Of a DNA stretch of 64,000 bases, positions 37,133 through 46,981 are shown piece by piece (position 1 is the stretch's first letter; every line of letters starts with the position of its first letter). Source of the stretch: Minisyncoccota bacterium (GTDB lineage: Bacteria > Patescibacteriota > Minisyncoccia > UBA6257 > GWB1-50-10); contig JAYRXE010000037.1 of assembly GCA_041917695.1 (NCBI GenBank), positions 609,013-673,012 on the forward strand, in the 5' to 3' direction. Made by a program: the position numbers and the translations under genes. Below the pieces are notes generated by a model that worked only from the letters and a program-made list of their open reading frames with translations, was not told where the DNA came from and searched no databases.

Positions 37133-38974
37133 TTACGCAAGGGATATCTTTTTGATGCCGAACCCTTCCAGCAACTTGTAAAATTCTTCCTGCTCCAAAG
37201 TTTCCTTTTCCATCAGGGCGTGCGCGATCGCATCGAGCGCCTTACGGTGCGAGGTGAGTATCTTCCGCGCAGTTTCCAATCCTTTTTTGATAAGCCCGCC
37301 CACCTCCTCATCTATCGTAACCGCCACTTTTTCAGAATAATCCTTTTCAGACGCCATCTCGCGGCCCAAGAAAACCATTCCCTGCGACTTCCCGAAAGTG
37401 CGGGGACCGAGCTTTTCGCTCATGCCGTATTGCGTCACCACTTTGTGCGCCATGTCGGTCGCCTGGCGCAGGTCGTTCGAAGAGCCCGTCGATACGTCCT
37501 TGAAGATCAAGGTCTCGGCCGCGAATCCGCCGAATGAAACGGCGAGATCGGATAGAAACTGGCTTTTCGTCCGCAAACGGCGCTCTTCAACCGGCAATTT
37601 CAACGTGTACCCGCCGGCGAAACCGCGGCTCACGATGGTCACCTTATGCACGGGGTCGCTTTCTTCGAGGGTGGCGGCAACGAGCGCATGGCCCGCTTCG
37701 TGATAGGCTGTGACGAGCTTTTCATGCTCCGTGATGGTGCGCGATTTTCGGGCGGGACCCAAGAGGACTTTCTCGATGGAATCCAAGATGTCTTCCTGCG
37801 TCACTTTCTTGCGGTTATGGCGCGCGGCATAGAGCGCCGCCTCATTCATGAGGTTTGCAAGCTCGGCGCCCGCAAAACCCGGCGTACGCACCGCGACCGT
37901 CCGAAGATCCACATCGTCAGACAAGGGCTTTCCCTTCGCGTGTATTTTCAAAATCGCTTCGCGATCGTTTATGTCCGGCATATCGAGCATGACCCGGCGA
38001 TCGAATCTTCCGGGCCGCAGAAGCGCGGCGTCTAGCACGTCAGGCCGGTTTGTCGCCGCCATCACGATGACATTCGTATCGCGGTCGAAACCGTCCATCT
38101 CGACGAGGATTTGGTTCAATGTCTGCTCCCGCTCGTCGTGGCCCCCGCCTAAACCCGTTCCACGTTCGCGCCCGACGGCGTCTATTTCATCGATGAAGAC
38201 GATCGAAGGCGCCGATTTTTTCGCGACCTGGAAGAGGTCGCGGACGCGGGAGGCTCCCACGCCGACAAACATTTCCACGAATTCGGACGCGGACAAGTGG
38301 AAGAAGGGGACGCCCGATTCTCCGGCGACCGCGCGGGCGAGAAGCGTTTTCCCCGTACCCGGCGAACCCATGAGAAGAACGCCGCGGGGGATTTTGGCGC
38401 CCATGTCCAAAAATTTTTTGGGGTTGCGGAGGAAGTCGACGATTTCCTCAAGCTCCTCCTTCGCTTCGCGAAGTCCGGCGACCTCCTTGAAGGTGACGCG
38501 GTCCTTATCCGGAGCGGAGATGCGGAGATTCGCTTTGCCGAAGGTGAACGCCTGGTTCACCCCGCCCTTTGCCTGCCGGAAGAGAAAGAAGAATATCGCC
38601 ATCATCACAATAAGGGGCAGGAGCGAGGGGATTAACAGGCTCGCCCAGTATTTCGTACCGCCCGGCTCCTCGATGCGGAGTTCCACCGATTTCAATTTTT
38701 CCGCATCCACTGCGTAATTCACGAGCGTCTCGGTGAGCCCCACATTCGGCTCTTTCTGCGCCGTCGTCTTCGTATCGTCGGCGAACGTCACGTCGAGCTC
38801 ATCTCCCTTCACGAGGATGCGCTTCACGCTTCCTTCGTTTATCTTCTGCGCAAGCGCATTCAAAGAAATCGATTCAGACGCGGGAGATGCGCCGTCGAGG
38901 AAAAAAGAAAAAAGGGTCGTTGCAAAAAAAAGGATGAGAATCGCAAAAAGGAGGTTTTTACTTAAATTTTTCAT
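37133..38974 (-). CDS. ftsH: ATP-dependent zinc metalloprotease FtsH
   Basis: Walker A (GSPGTGKT), SRH, and HEAGHAL zinc site. The start is assigned to the Met that gives the typical [13 protein letters not shown]... N-terminus. The track start at 39016 is 14 codons further upstream. Confidence 0.9.
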   Translation of the reverse strand: MKNLSKNLLFAILILFFATTLFSFFLDGASPASESISLNALAQKINEGSVKRILVKGDELDVTFADDTKTTAQKEPNVGLTETLVNYAVDAEKLKSVELRIEEPGGTKYWASLLIPSLLPLIVMMAIFFFLFRQAKGGVNQAFTFGKANLRISAPDKDRVTFKEVAGLREAKEELEEIVDFLRNPKKFLDMGAKIPRGVLLMGSPGTGKTLLARAVAGESGVPFFHLSASEFVEMFVGVGASRVRDLFQVAKKSAPSIVFIDEIDAVGRERGTGLGGGHDEREQTLNQILVEMDGFDRDTNVIVMAATNRPDVLDAALLRPGRFDRRVMLDMPDINDREAILKIHAKGKPLSDDVDLRTVAVRTPGFAGAELANLMNEAALYAARHNRKKVTQEDILDSIEKVLLGPARKSRTITEHEKLVTAYHEAGHALVAATLEESDPVHKVTIVSRGFAGGYTLKLPVEERRLRTKSQFLSDLAVSFGGFAAETLIFKDVSTGSSNDLRQATDMAHKVVTQYGMSEKLGPRTFGKSQGMVFLGREMASEKDYSEKVAVTIDEEVGGLIKKGLETARKILTSHRKALDAIAHALMEKETLEQEEFYKLLEGFGIKKISLA

Positions 38975-39041
38975 GTAATCGGTTGTTTCGGTAGCCCTAT
39001 CATAACGCATGAGCACCTAAAAACAAACCGGGTGCGTAAAA

Positions 39042-39068
39042 GAAAATCCGCTTCTCTAAAGCGGATTT
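39042..39068 (-). terminator. Rho-independent terminator downstream of rpsA (ATCCGC-9 nt loop-GCGGAT; U-tract on the minus strand)
   Basis: Hairpin plus TTCTTTT on the minus strand. Confidence 0.6.
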
Positions 39069-39089
39069 CCGGGTGAATTCGCGGGGCTG

Positions 39090-40193
39090 TTATTCGGCGA
39101 GCTTGAGGAGGATTTTGCGCTCTTCAGGCTTCGAAGAAACGACGACAAAGGAGTATTCCTTCCCCTGGGCGAGTTTCTTTTTCATTTCTTCAGCGGAACC
39201 GAAATCGGAAACGTGCACCTGGCCCTGGATCTCGCCGGCAAGGTTCACGATGGCGCCGTAGGGGTGCATGCCGTAGACGACCCCCGTCACCGTCTCGCCC
39301 TCGGCGTATTTTCCTTTCACATCAAGCCACGGATCGGTCTTTAACGCCTTCAACGAGAGCGAAATCTTTCCGTCCTTTATTTCGACGATCTTCGCCTTCA
39401 CTTCCTCGTCCACTTTCACCACTTCCTTCGGATTTTCGACGATGCGGTACGAAAGCTCGGACACGTGGATGAGCCCCTCGATAGCCGGATTGTCCGCAAA
39501 CCGGACAAATACGCCGAAGTCGGCGATGCCGGAAACGATGCCGGTGATGGTCTGCCCTTCGGCATAGTTCGCCAAGAGCTCTTTCGTGCTCAGTTCCTTC
39601 GTCGCGCGCTCGGAAATAATGAGTTTCTTCGTGCGGGGGTTCACGTCAATAAGCTTCACTTCAAGTTCTTTGCCCACGAGCGTGGAAAGCGCAGTCTGCA
39701 AATCATCCTTGTTTTCAAAAACGCTCTTCCCTTCGAAACCCGTCTCAAGCTGGGACACGGGCAGGAACGCCTGCAATCCCTTCAAGTCGGCGGTAAGCCC
39801 GCCCTTGTTGAAGCCGGCTATCTTCACCTTGAAGCTTTCTTCCTTCTCCTTCAGTTCGGAAACCAACTCCCATGACTTCTGCTTGTCGGCTTCGGTGAGG
39901 GAAAGTTCAATGTACCCGTCCTCGTTGTCGATGCGCACCACTTTCGCGGACACTTCGGAACCTTCAGAGAGATTCCTCACGATTTCCCGGGCGTTCTGCA
40001 TCTCCCCGCGGTAAACCGCGCCGACGCCGTAGGCGCCCAAATCGAGCGTCATGAGGCGCACGCCTTTTTCGATGACCTTCCCCTTCACCAGGTCCCCCTG
40101 GCGGAGCATGCGGAACGAATTCAATTCCTCCTTCGCCGCTTCGGGCAGGTTTTTGCCGTTGTCTTTTATCTCGGTTGCTGAAACGATAGCCAT
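39090..40193 (-). CDS. rpsA: 30S ribosomal protein S1 (four S1 domains, short form)
   Basis: Repeated S1/OB-fold modules (GxV...G.V.....GAIV/FGVFV motifs). Confidence 0.85.
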   Translation of the reverse strand: MAIVSATEIKDNGKNLPEAAKEELNSFRMLRQGDLVKGKVIEKGVRLMTLDLGAYGVGAVYRGEMQNAREIVRNLSEGSEVSAKVVRIDNEDGYIELSLTEADKQKSWELVSELKEKEESFKVKIAGFNKGGLTADLKGLQAFLPVSQLETGFEGKSVFENKDDLQTALSTLVGKELEVKLIDVNPRTKKLIISERATKELSTKELLANYAEGQTITGIVSGIADFGVFVRFADNPAIEGLIHVSELSYRIVENPKEVVKVDEEVKAKIVEIKDGKISLSLKALKTDPWLDVKGKYAEGETVTGVVYGMHPYGAIVNLAGEIQGQVHVSDFGSAEEMKKKLAQGKEYSFVVVSSKPEERKILLKLAE

Positions 40194-40367
40194 AAAATGA
40201 AAGTAGTTACTTTTTGTCGTATTCGCTCGGAAACACCTCTTCCAGGTGCTTCTCTCGCTTCATTCGACAATAGCCTTCCTATCATACGGAGAAGGGGGGT
40301 ACGCGTCAAGAATAACCGCTCAAAAACGATTGAAAAGAAGGCTGAATTACTCTAGAATCTACCTCGT

Positions 40368-40946
40368 ATGGTCATCACGTATCACGGCGGAAACTATTTC
40401 AAGATATCCTCGGGTCAGACGACGATCCTTCTGAACCCCGAAAACCAGCGTTCATACAAGGGAGCCTCGCTCATCCTTTTCACGGAAAAGGAGCTTGGCG
40501 CCGAAGACCGCGACGGGGGAGAGACCTTTCTTATCGACCATCCGGGCGAATTTGAAGTACAGGACATCCGCATCCGCGGATTCTCCGCGGGCGGTGACGC
40601 AAAGAAGATCCAAACCGTCTACCACCTCCTTTTTGACGACATTTCGCTCGCCCTCGTCGGCGCCATTACAAAAGAACTCCCCGCCGATTTCAGCGAACAC
40701 CTGGAGAACATCGACATCGCCCTCGTTCCGGCCCACGCCCCGCTCGGCGCGGCGGGACTCGCGAAATTCCTCCGCCAAATCGAACCGGGCATCATCGTCC
40801 CCGCCGGCGGGGAAAAAGAAAAAACCATGAAGGAATTCTTCAAGGAATTCGGCGCCGATGAAGCAACCTGCGAGGAAAAACTCGTCATCAAGAAAAAGGA
40901 CATCGGCGAAAAGGAAATGAAGGTGATTTGCCTGAAAAGCGAATAA
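40368..40946 (+). CDS. MBL-fold metal-dependent hydrolase (UPF0173-like)
   Basis: 192 aa with an MVITYHGGNYFKI N-terminus and HPGEF/His-rich segments typical of small metallo-beta-lactamase-fold hydrolases. Confidence 0.5.
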   Translation: MVITYHGGNYFKISSGQTTILLNPENQRSYKGASLILFTEKELGAEDRDGGETFLIDHPGEFEVQDIRIRGFSAGGDAKKIQTVYHLLFDDISLALVGAITKELPADFSEHLENIDIALVPAHAPLGAAGLAKFLRQIEPGIIVPAGGEKEKTMKEFFKEFGADEATCEEKLVIKKKDIGEKEMKVICLKSE

Positions 40947-40949
40947 GCC

Positions 40950-41345
40950 ATGCGGAAGGCACGGGAATTCATCCATGAACTCCGGCGCTCGGACGATGCC
41001 CGCAAGCGCCGGTTTTATTACGGCGGCGTCGTCGTCTCGATGGCGCTCGTCATTGCGCTGTGGTTTCTCTACATCAGCGTGTGGTCGCCACTCCCATCCA
41101 CCCGCCCGCGCGCCGCGGAAGGACGCGCGGAATCGGGGATAAGCCGGACCTTCCGGAAAGGATTCGAAGCGATCGGGCTCGATATCTCGCGCGCGTGGGG
41201 AAAGATTACCGGCCGTTTCGGGAGTGAAGTTTTCAAAACCCGTGATATAGTGATAGAAAAGCCGGAAGAGGGCTTTTCGTTTCCGACCTCCACCGCGAGT
41301 TCCAGCGAAACGAACGCCACGACGAGCACCTCGACCGCTCCCTAG
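40950..41345 (+). CDS. Hypothetical membrane-anchored protein with a Ser/Thr-rich tail
   Basis: One TM helix (VVVSMALVIALWFLYISVW) and a low-complexity C-terminus. Confidence 0.4.
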   Translation: MRKAREFIHELRRSDDARKRRFYYGGVVVSMALVIALWFLYISVWSPLPSTRPRAAEGRAESGISRTFRKGFEAIGLDISRAWGKITGRFGSEVFKTRDIVIEKPEEGFSFPTSTASSSETNATTSTSTAP

Positions 41346-41350
41346 CCCCT

Positions 41351-43828
41351 ATGCCTAAGAAAAAAGAAGAACCCATCATCCCCGCGGAAGCCTCGAGGGG
41401 AATCATCGAAGAACGCGAAATCACCACCGAACTCCGCGAATCGTACCTCGATTACGCGATGTCCGTCATCGTTTCCCGCGCCCTTCCGGACGTGCGGGAC
41501 GGCTTGAAGCCCGTCCAACGGCGCCTTTTGTGGACCATGTGGGAAAACGGCATGACACACCAGTCGAAGCACCGCAAATCAGCGGTCGCCGTCGCCGATA
41601 CCATGGGACGCTACCACCCCCACGGCGATTCTTCGATTTACGACACGATGGTGCGCCTCGCGCAGGATTTTTCGCTTCGCTATCCGCTCGTTGACGGCCA
41701 GGGAAACTTCGGTTCCATTGACGGCGACGGCGCCGCCGCCTTCCGCTATACCGAAGCGCGGCTCGCGAAGATCGCCGGCGAACTTTTGGGCGACATCGAC
41801 AAGGAAACCGTCGAATGGCAGGGAAACTACGACAACTCCCGCAAAGAGCCGATGTATGTTCCCGCCAAGCTCCCGAACCTCCTTTTAAACGGAACGGTCG
41901 GCATCGCGGTCGGCATGGCGACTTCCATTCCGCCCCACAATTTGGGCGAATTGGCCGACGGCATCGTCCACCTCATCGAGAATCCGGACGCCACCGTCCG
42001 CGACCTCATGAAATTCATTCCCGGTCCGGATTTCCCGACGGGCGGGATCATTTTCGACAAAAAAGCCATCGAGGCGGCGTACGCAACCGGGCGCGGTCCC
42101 GTTACGATGCGGGGCGTCGCCACGGTTGAAGAAAAAAAGAACGGCCATCAGATCATCATCACGGAAATCCCGTATCAGGTGAACAAATCGGCGCTCATCA
42201 CGAAGATCGCCGAACTTGTTACGGAAAAGAAAATCGAAGGCGTTCGCGACTTGCGGGACGAATCCGACCGCGAGGGCATCCGCATCGCCATCGATTTGAA
42301 GACCGACGCGGCCCCGCAAAAAATCCTGAACCGCTTGTACCAATACACGGAGCTCCAAAAGAATTTTTCCTTTAACATGCTCGCGCTCCAAAACGGCATC
42401 CAACCGCAAGTGCTTTCCTTGAAGGACATCCTTGAAGCCTATGTCGACCACCGGAAAGTGATGGTGCGCAGGCGGACGGAGTTTGACCTGAAGAAGGCCG
42501 AGGAACGCGCGCATATCTTGGAGGGGCTCGTGATGGCTTTGGGCGACATCGACAAGGTCATCCAGACCATCAAGAAATCGAAGAATCGCGAAGATGCCTT
42601 GAAAAACCTCATGGCGAAATTCAAATTCTCGGTCGCCCAGGGAAACGCCATCCTCGACATGCGGCTCTCCGCGCTCGCCGCGCTTGAACGCGAAAAACTC
42701 GAGAATGAATTGAAGGAAAAGAAAGCGCTCATCAAGGAGCTCCAGCTTATCCTGAAGAGTCCGAAGAAAATCCTCGACATCATCGTTCGGGAATTGAACG
42801 AGATGAAAGAGCAGTTCGGCGACGACCGCCGCACGAAGATCGTCGCGGGAGGACTCACCGAATTCAAAGAAGAGGATTTGATACCGAATGAAGAAACAAT
42901 GGTGGTGCTGACGCGCGACGGCTACATCAAACAGATGCCGCCGGCGCAATTCAGGAGCCAAAAGCGGGGCGGGAAGGGACTTATCGGCTTTGAATTGAAA
43001 GAAGAGGACTCCATCGAACAATTCATGTCCGCCGAAACGCACGACAACATCCTCTTCTTCTCCGAAAAGGGCAAGGTCTTCCAAACGAAAGTGTACGAGA
43101 TTCCCGTCGCCAGCCGGACGTCGCGCGGGAAATCCATCCACAATTACCTCGAGGTTCCCGGCAACGAAAAGATCATGGCCATGGTCGCGTATTCGGGCGA
43201 TGAAAAACGGAAGGAAGAGAACCAGTATTTGGTGATGACAACGCGGCACGCCGTCATCAAAAAGACCGCCGTGAAAGACTTCAAAAACGTGCGCCGGAAC
43301 GGTATCGTGGCGCTTACTCTAAAATCCGGCGATTCGCTCGCCTGGGTGAAAACGTCTTCCGGCAACGACGAGTTCCTCCTGTCTTCCGAACAGGGCCAGG
43401 CGATTCGCTTCAAGGAAAAAGACGTGCGGGCGATGGGCCGCACCGCCGCGGGCGTGAAAGCGATGAACCTGAAAAAGGGGGACCAGCTCGCCGGCATCGA
43501 TATCATCAAGAAGAGCGACGCAAAATCCGTACGGCTTCTCACCATGATGGCGAACGGCTTCGGCAAACAAACGGCCCTTACCGAATACAAGGTGCAAAAA
43601 CGCGGCGGCGGGGGCGTGAAGACGAGCAAGGTGACGGAGAAAACCGGCAAGGTCATCGCGACGAAGATGGTGGACGACACCATGGAAGAAATCCTCGCCT
43701 TTTCGAAGAAAGGGCAGGCTATCAAAATGCCGCTTAAAGACATCCGAACCGCGAGCCGCGCGACGCAGGGCGTGCGCGTCATGAACCTTGAGAAAGGGGA
43801 TGAGCTTGTCGGTTTCGTTTGCCTCTAA
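41351..43828 (+). CDS. gyrA: DNA gyrase subunit A (no gyrB adjacent in this window)
   Basis: DYAMSVIVSRALPDVRDGLKPVQRR and the active-site Tyr region (AAAFRYTEARL). Beta-pinwheel C-terminal repeats. Confidence 0.9.
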   Translation: MPKKKEEPIIPAEASRGIIEEREITTELRESYLDYAMSVIVSRALPDVRDGLKPVQRRLLWTMWENGMTHQSKHRKSAVAVADTMGRYHPHGDSSIYDTMVRLAQDFSLRYPLVDGQGNFGSIDGDGAAAFRYTEARLAKIAGELLGDIDKETVEWQGNYDNSRKEPMYVPAKLPNLLLNGTVGIAVGMATSIPPHNLGELADGIVHLIENPDATVRDLMKFIPGPDFPTGGIIFDKKAIEAAYATGRGPVTMRGVATVEEKKNGHQIIITEIPYQVNKSALITKIAELVTEKKIEGVRDLRDESDREGIRIAIDLKTDAAPQKILNRLYQYTELQKNFSFNMLALQNGIQPQVLSLKDILEAYVDHRKVMVRRRTEFDLKKAEERAHILEGLVMALGDIDKVIQTIKKSKNREDALKNLMAKFKFSVAQGNAILDMRLSALAALEREKLENELKEKKALIKELQLILKSPKKILDIIVRELNEMKEQFGDDRRTKIVAGGLTEFKEEDLIPNEETMVVLTRDGYIKQMPPAQFRSQKRGGKGLIGFELKEEDSIEQFMSAETHDNILFFSEKGKVFQTKVYEIPVASRTSRGKSIHNYLEVPGNEKIMAMVAYSGDEKRKEENQYLVMTTRHAVIKKTAVKDFKNVRRNGIVALTLKSGDSLAWVKTSSGNDEFLLSSEQGQAIRFKEKDVRAMGRTAAGVKAMNLKKGDQLAGIDIIKKSDAKSVRLLTMMANGFGKQTALTEYKVQKRGGGGVKTSKVTEKTGKVIATKMVDDTMEEILAFSKKGQAIKMPLKDIRTASRATQGVRVMNLEKGDELVGFVCL

Positions 43829-43924
43829 CCCTTTACCGCTTCGAATGCTACGCCTTGCAGAGGCGGGAACGGAATGCGCTATAATTGAAACATCTTGCGG
43901 GAAGCAACATAGCGCATAACCACG

Positions 43925-45220
43925 ATGCAAAAATTCAATCTTAAATACCTCGTTTTCGGCATTGCCGGCCTCTTTGTGCTTTTCGTCGCATTGGTTTTCA
44001 CGGGTGTCATCCCCGGCCTCCGCGAAAAAGCCGACAAGCCCACTGTTACGGGATCAATCACCGTATGGACGGTAGGGGAGGAAACGCGCGACCGTGAAAA
44101 AGCCTGGAAAGACCTGGTGAAATCGTTTCAGGGGACCTACCCCGGCGTGAAAGTCGAGAGCAGGAATTTCCGCACCTACGAATCGTATGAAAACGCCCTC
44201 GCGGATTCCTTCGGCTCCGGAGAGACTCCCGACGTCTTTATGGTTTCGAACACGGCATTCCCCCGGTACGAGAACAAGCTTGCCCCGGCGCCCGCCTCGC
44301 TCTTTTCCCTTGAATCGCTCCGCGCTCTCTTTCCAAAAACCGTTGAGAACGACTTCGTTTCAGAGGGGAAAATCTATGCGCTTCCGCTCTCGATCGACAC
44401 GCTCGCCCTCATTTATAACCGGAATCTCATCGACCAGGCCGCCGTTGCCGTCCCGAAAACCTGGGCTGAATTTGAAAGCGCCGTTCCGCAACTCACCCGC
44501 GCGGACGTGTCGGGTATCCAGTCCGCAGGCGCGGCGATTGGCACCGCCGGAAACGTTCCGTATGCCGCAGACATCATTTCGCTCCTCATGCTCCAGCGAA
44601 ACATTCCCATGACCGCGGGAAGCCGTGCGGTTTTCAACACCGCCCCGGGAAAAGACGCGCTGGGGTTCTACACGCAATTCGCCGACCGTGCAGGCGCCGC
44701 ATATTCCTGGAATGAAACCATGCCCCAGGCGACGGATTTCTTCGCCCAGGAAAAAGTGGGCATGCTGATCGGCTATCGCTCGACGATCGATGCGCTGAAA
44801 TCGAAGAATTCATTCCTGGATATCGGCGTCGCTGAAATTCCTTCCGATAGCGCTTCGTCCAAAAAATCTTTCGCCCGCTACATGGCTCTCGCCGTCTCAA
44901 AGCAGTCAAAAAGCCAGCCGGCGGCATGGGCGTTCGTATCAGCCGTCTCCACGAACGAAACGTGGCTCAAACCGTACTTGGCCCTCACGAAAGAAGCTCC
45001 CGCCCTCCGTTCCCTCGCCCTTCTTTCGAAAGACGACCCGGCTATCGGCGTATTTTCACGGCAGGCGCTTACGGCTACGACCTGGAAACAGGCGGACGAC
45101 CGCGCTGTCGCGAGCGCCTTTCAGGCGATGATCGAAAGCGTGAATACGAACGAGAAAACGCCGGAGCGGGCCCTTGATGACGCAGCCGCGGAGATCTCCC
45201 GCTCGATGCAAAAAAAATAA
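43925..45220 (+). CDS. Extracellular solute-binding protein (carbohydrate-type ABC substrate-binding fold) with an N-terminal TM anchor; no adjacent permease genes
   Basis: SBP_bac_1-like length and composition. It sits alone, followed by the pilin-like array. Confidence 0.55.
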   Translation: MQKFNLKYLVFGIAGLFVLFVALVFTGVIPGLREKADKPTVTGSITVWTVGEETRDREKAWKDLVKSFQGTYPGVKVESRNFRTYESYENALADSFGSGETPDVFMVSNTAFPRYENKLAPAPASLFSLESLRALFPKTVENDFVSEGKIYALPLSIDTLALIYNRNLIDQAAVAVPKTWAEFESAVPQLTRADVSGIQSAGAAIGTAGNVPYAADIISLLMLQRNIPMTAGSRAVFNTAPGKDALGFYTQFADRAGAAYSWNETMPQATDFFAQEKVGMLIGYRSTIDALKSKNSFLDIGVAEIPSDSASSKKSFARYMALAVSKQSKSQPAAWAFVSAVSTNETWLKPYLALTKEAPALRSLALLSKDDPAIGVFSRQALTATTWKQADDRAVASAFQAMIESVNTNEKTPERALDDAAAEISRSMQKK

Positions 45221-45224
45221 TCCT

Positions 45225-45704
45225 ATGCGCACCCTCATTTCACTCTTCTTTTTTTCACTAATCGCCCTTACCGCCGCTGTTCCTGCCGCCGCTCTCGCCC
45301 AGACGGGAAACGAAAGCATCACCAACATTTGGCGAGGCACGGGAAACGGAACAATCACCTGCAATCAGCGGGGCATGCAGTGCACGCTTTGCGACGGCAT
45401 CCGCGTTGCGAAGAATGTCACTGAATTTCTTACGGTGATTGCCGTCGCCCTTGCCGTCCTCATTATCATGTACGGCGCGCTCCGCATGATGACGTCTGGC
45501 GGAAATGAGAACTGGCTCTCTGCGGGGAAGGAGGCGATTCTTAAGGCACTCCTCGGCCTCGCCATCGTCGCCGCCTCGTGGCTCATCGTCGACACGGTAT
45601 TCAAGGCGCTTACTGAGAACGAAACGTGGAATTCGTTCGACCCGATTGGGTGCAAGAATGGCGCATTTATCCAGAATCCTCCGAAGGGGAACCAAAATCC
45701 GTAA
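45225..45704 (+). CDS. Pilin-like small secreted protein, paralog 1 (VirB2/TrbC-like topology: signal peptide, two hydrophobic helices flanking a GG-charged loop)
   Basis: Signal peptide ...AAALA|QTG. Helix, then RMMTSGGNENWLSAGKEA, then helix. The start is assigned to the ATG at 45225. Confidence 0.5.
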   Translation: MRTLISLFFFSLIALTAAVPAAALAQTGNESITNIWRGTGNGTITCNQRGMQCTLCDGIRVAKNVTEFLTVIAVALAVLIIMYGALRMMTSGGNENWLSAGKEAILKALLGLAIVAASWLIVDTVFKALTENETWNSFDPIGCKNGAFIQNPPKGNQNP

Positions 45705-45727
45705 CGGCTCTTCGGTATACTGAATAT

Positions 45728-46078
45728 ATGGAAAAGAATACCCCGAGAACGATTCCCCACGGCGCACGGCGTTTCTTCGCAGGCATTCCCTTCGTGTACG
45801 CCCAGGCGCCGGAAAGTATTGAACTCAGAAATCCGCTTGCAGCGGGAAACGACCTTGAATCGGTTTTGAAATCGGTCGGCGATTGGCTCATCCTCATCGC
45901 GACGCCGATTGCCATTTTCATGATTCTCGTCGGCGCGTTTTGGATACTCGTATCGGGAGGGGAGCCGGACAAGATTAAAAAAGGCAAGCAGACAATATTG
46001 TGGACCCTTATTGGCTATGCTATACTCTTGCTTGGAACTGAAATAGCCAATCTTATTTCAGGATTTTTCAGTCAATAG
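45728..46078 (+). CDS. Pilin-like small secreted protein, paralog 2
   Basis: Signal peptide ...VYA|QAP. ...ILVGAFWILVSGGEPDKIKKGKQTILWTLIGYAILLL... Confidence 0.5.
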   Translation: MEKNTPRTIPHGARRFFAGIPFVYAQAPESIELRNPLAAGNDLESVLKSVGDWLILIATPIAIFMILVGAFWILVSGGEPDKIKKGKQTILWTLIGYAILLLGTEIANLISGFFSQ

Positions 46079-46106
46079 AAAGGTCGGAGCAATTCAAACC
46101 CATTTC

Positions 46107-46457
46107 ATGAAGAAAGTATTTGCATTCGTATCCGTTTTCGCGATAGTCATGAGCCTCGCCTCGGTCGCGAGCGCGCAGTTTGGAGGCACGGCGACGTTCG
46201 TCACCGGCATCACCGGCATCGGCGGCGTCCAGAGCGTGCTTGAGAAAATCTCGACGTGGTTTCTCACCATCGTCATCGCACTTTCCGTTCTTTTCTTCGT
46301 TTATGCAGGTTTCCTTTACGTAACCTCCGGCGGAGACGATGACAAGGTCAAAAACGCCAAGAACTTTCTCCTCTACGGCGTCATCGGCATTGCGGTCGCG
46401 CTTCTCGCCGCGGCAATCACGAACGTCGTTCAGGGTCTTGTCGGCGAAACCGCCTAA
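46107..46457 (+). CDS. Pilin-like small secreted protein, paralog 3
   Basis: Signal peptide ...VASA|QFG. ...LFFVYAGFLYVTSGGDDDKVKNAKNFLLYGVIGIAVALL... Confidence 0.5.
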   Translation: MKKVFAFVSVFAIVMSLASVASAQFGGTATFVTGITGIGGVQSVLEKISTWFLTIVIALSVLFFVYAGFLYVTSGGDDDKVKNAKNFLLYGVIGIAVALLAAAITNVVQGLVGETA

Positions 46458-46479
46458 GGCACCCTTCTGAAGTACCGCT

Positions 46480-46800
46480 ATGCGTCTTCTAAAAGCACTT
46501 TCCTGCATAACGATCCTCGCCCTCTGCCTTGCGCCGGTAGTAGCCGGTGCGCAAAGCGGGGATCCGTTGCCGAGCCGCGTCGTAACGCTTGTTGACCGGG
46601 CGCAATCATGGTTTCTCAACATCATCATCAGCATCTCGGTCATTATGATTCTCGTCGGCGCATTCTACTTCGTCACCGCAGGCGGGGACGAAGACAAGGT
46701 TGAAACGGCGAAGAAATATATTCTCTACGCCGCCGTCGGCCTTGCCATCGCGCTCCTGGCGAAGGCAATCGTCGAAATCGTGCAAAGCTTCGTCGCATAA
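46480..46800 (+). CDS. Pilin-like small secreted protein, paralog 4
   Basis: Signal peptide ...VAGA|QSG. ...ILVGAFYFVTAGGDEDKVETAKKYILYAAVGLAIALL... Confidence 0.5.
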   Translation: MRLLKALSCITILALCLAPVVAGAQSGDPLPSRVVTLVDRAQSWFLNIIISISVIMILVGAFYFVTAGGDEDKVETAKKYILYAAVGLAIALLAKAIVEIVQSFVA

Positions 46801-46889
46801 GACGAAACGCATAAACAAAAAATCCCCACACGGGGATTTTTTGTTTGTCGCTTACCAAGCGGGACAAAAAGAAATATCATTAACTCCAC

Positions 46890-46974
46890 GCTGGGGTGGC
46901 GGAATTGGCAGACGCGCAAGGCTTAGGACCTTGTGAGAGTTTCTCTCGTGGGAGTTCAAGTCTCCCCCCTAGCA
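46890..46974 (+). tRNA. tRNA-Leu (anticodon UAG), class II with a long variable arm
   Basis: Manual fold: acceptor GCTGGGG/CCCTAGC (one G-U), anticodon stem CAAGG/CCTTG with loop CTTAGGA, 15-nt variable arm, T-arm GGGAG-TTCAAGT-CTCCC, discriminator A. 85 nt. Confidence 0.85.
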
Positions 46975-46981
46975 CAAAACC

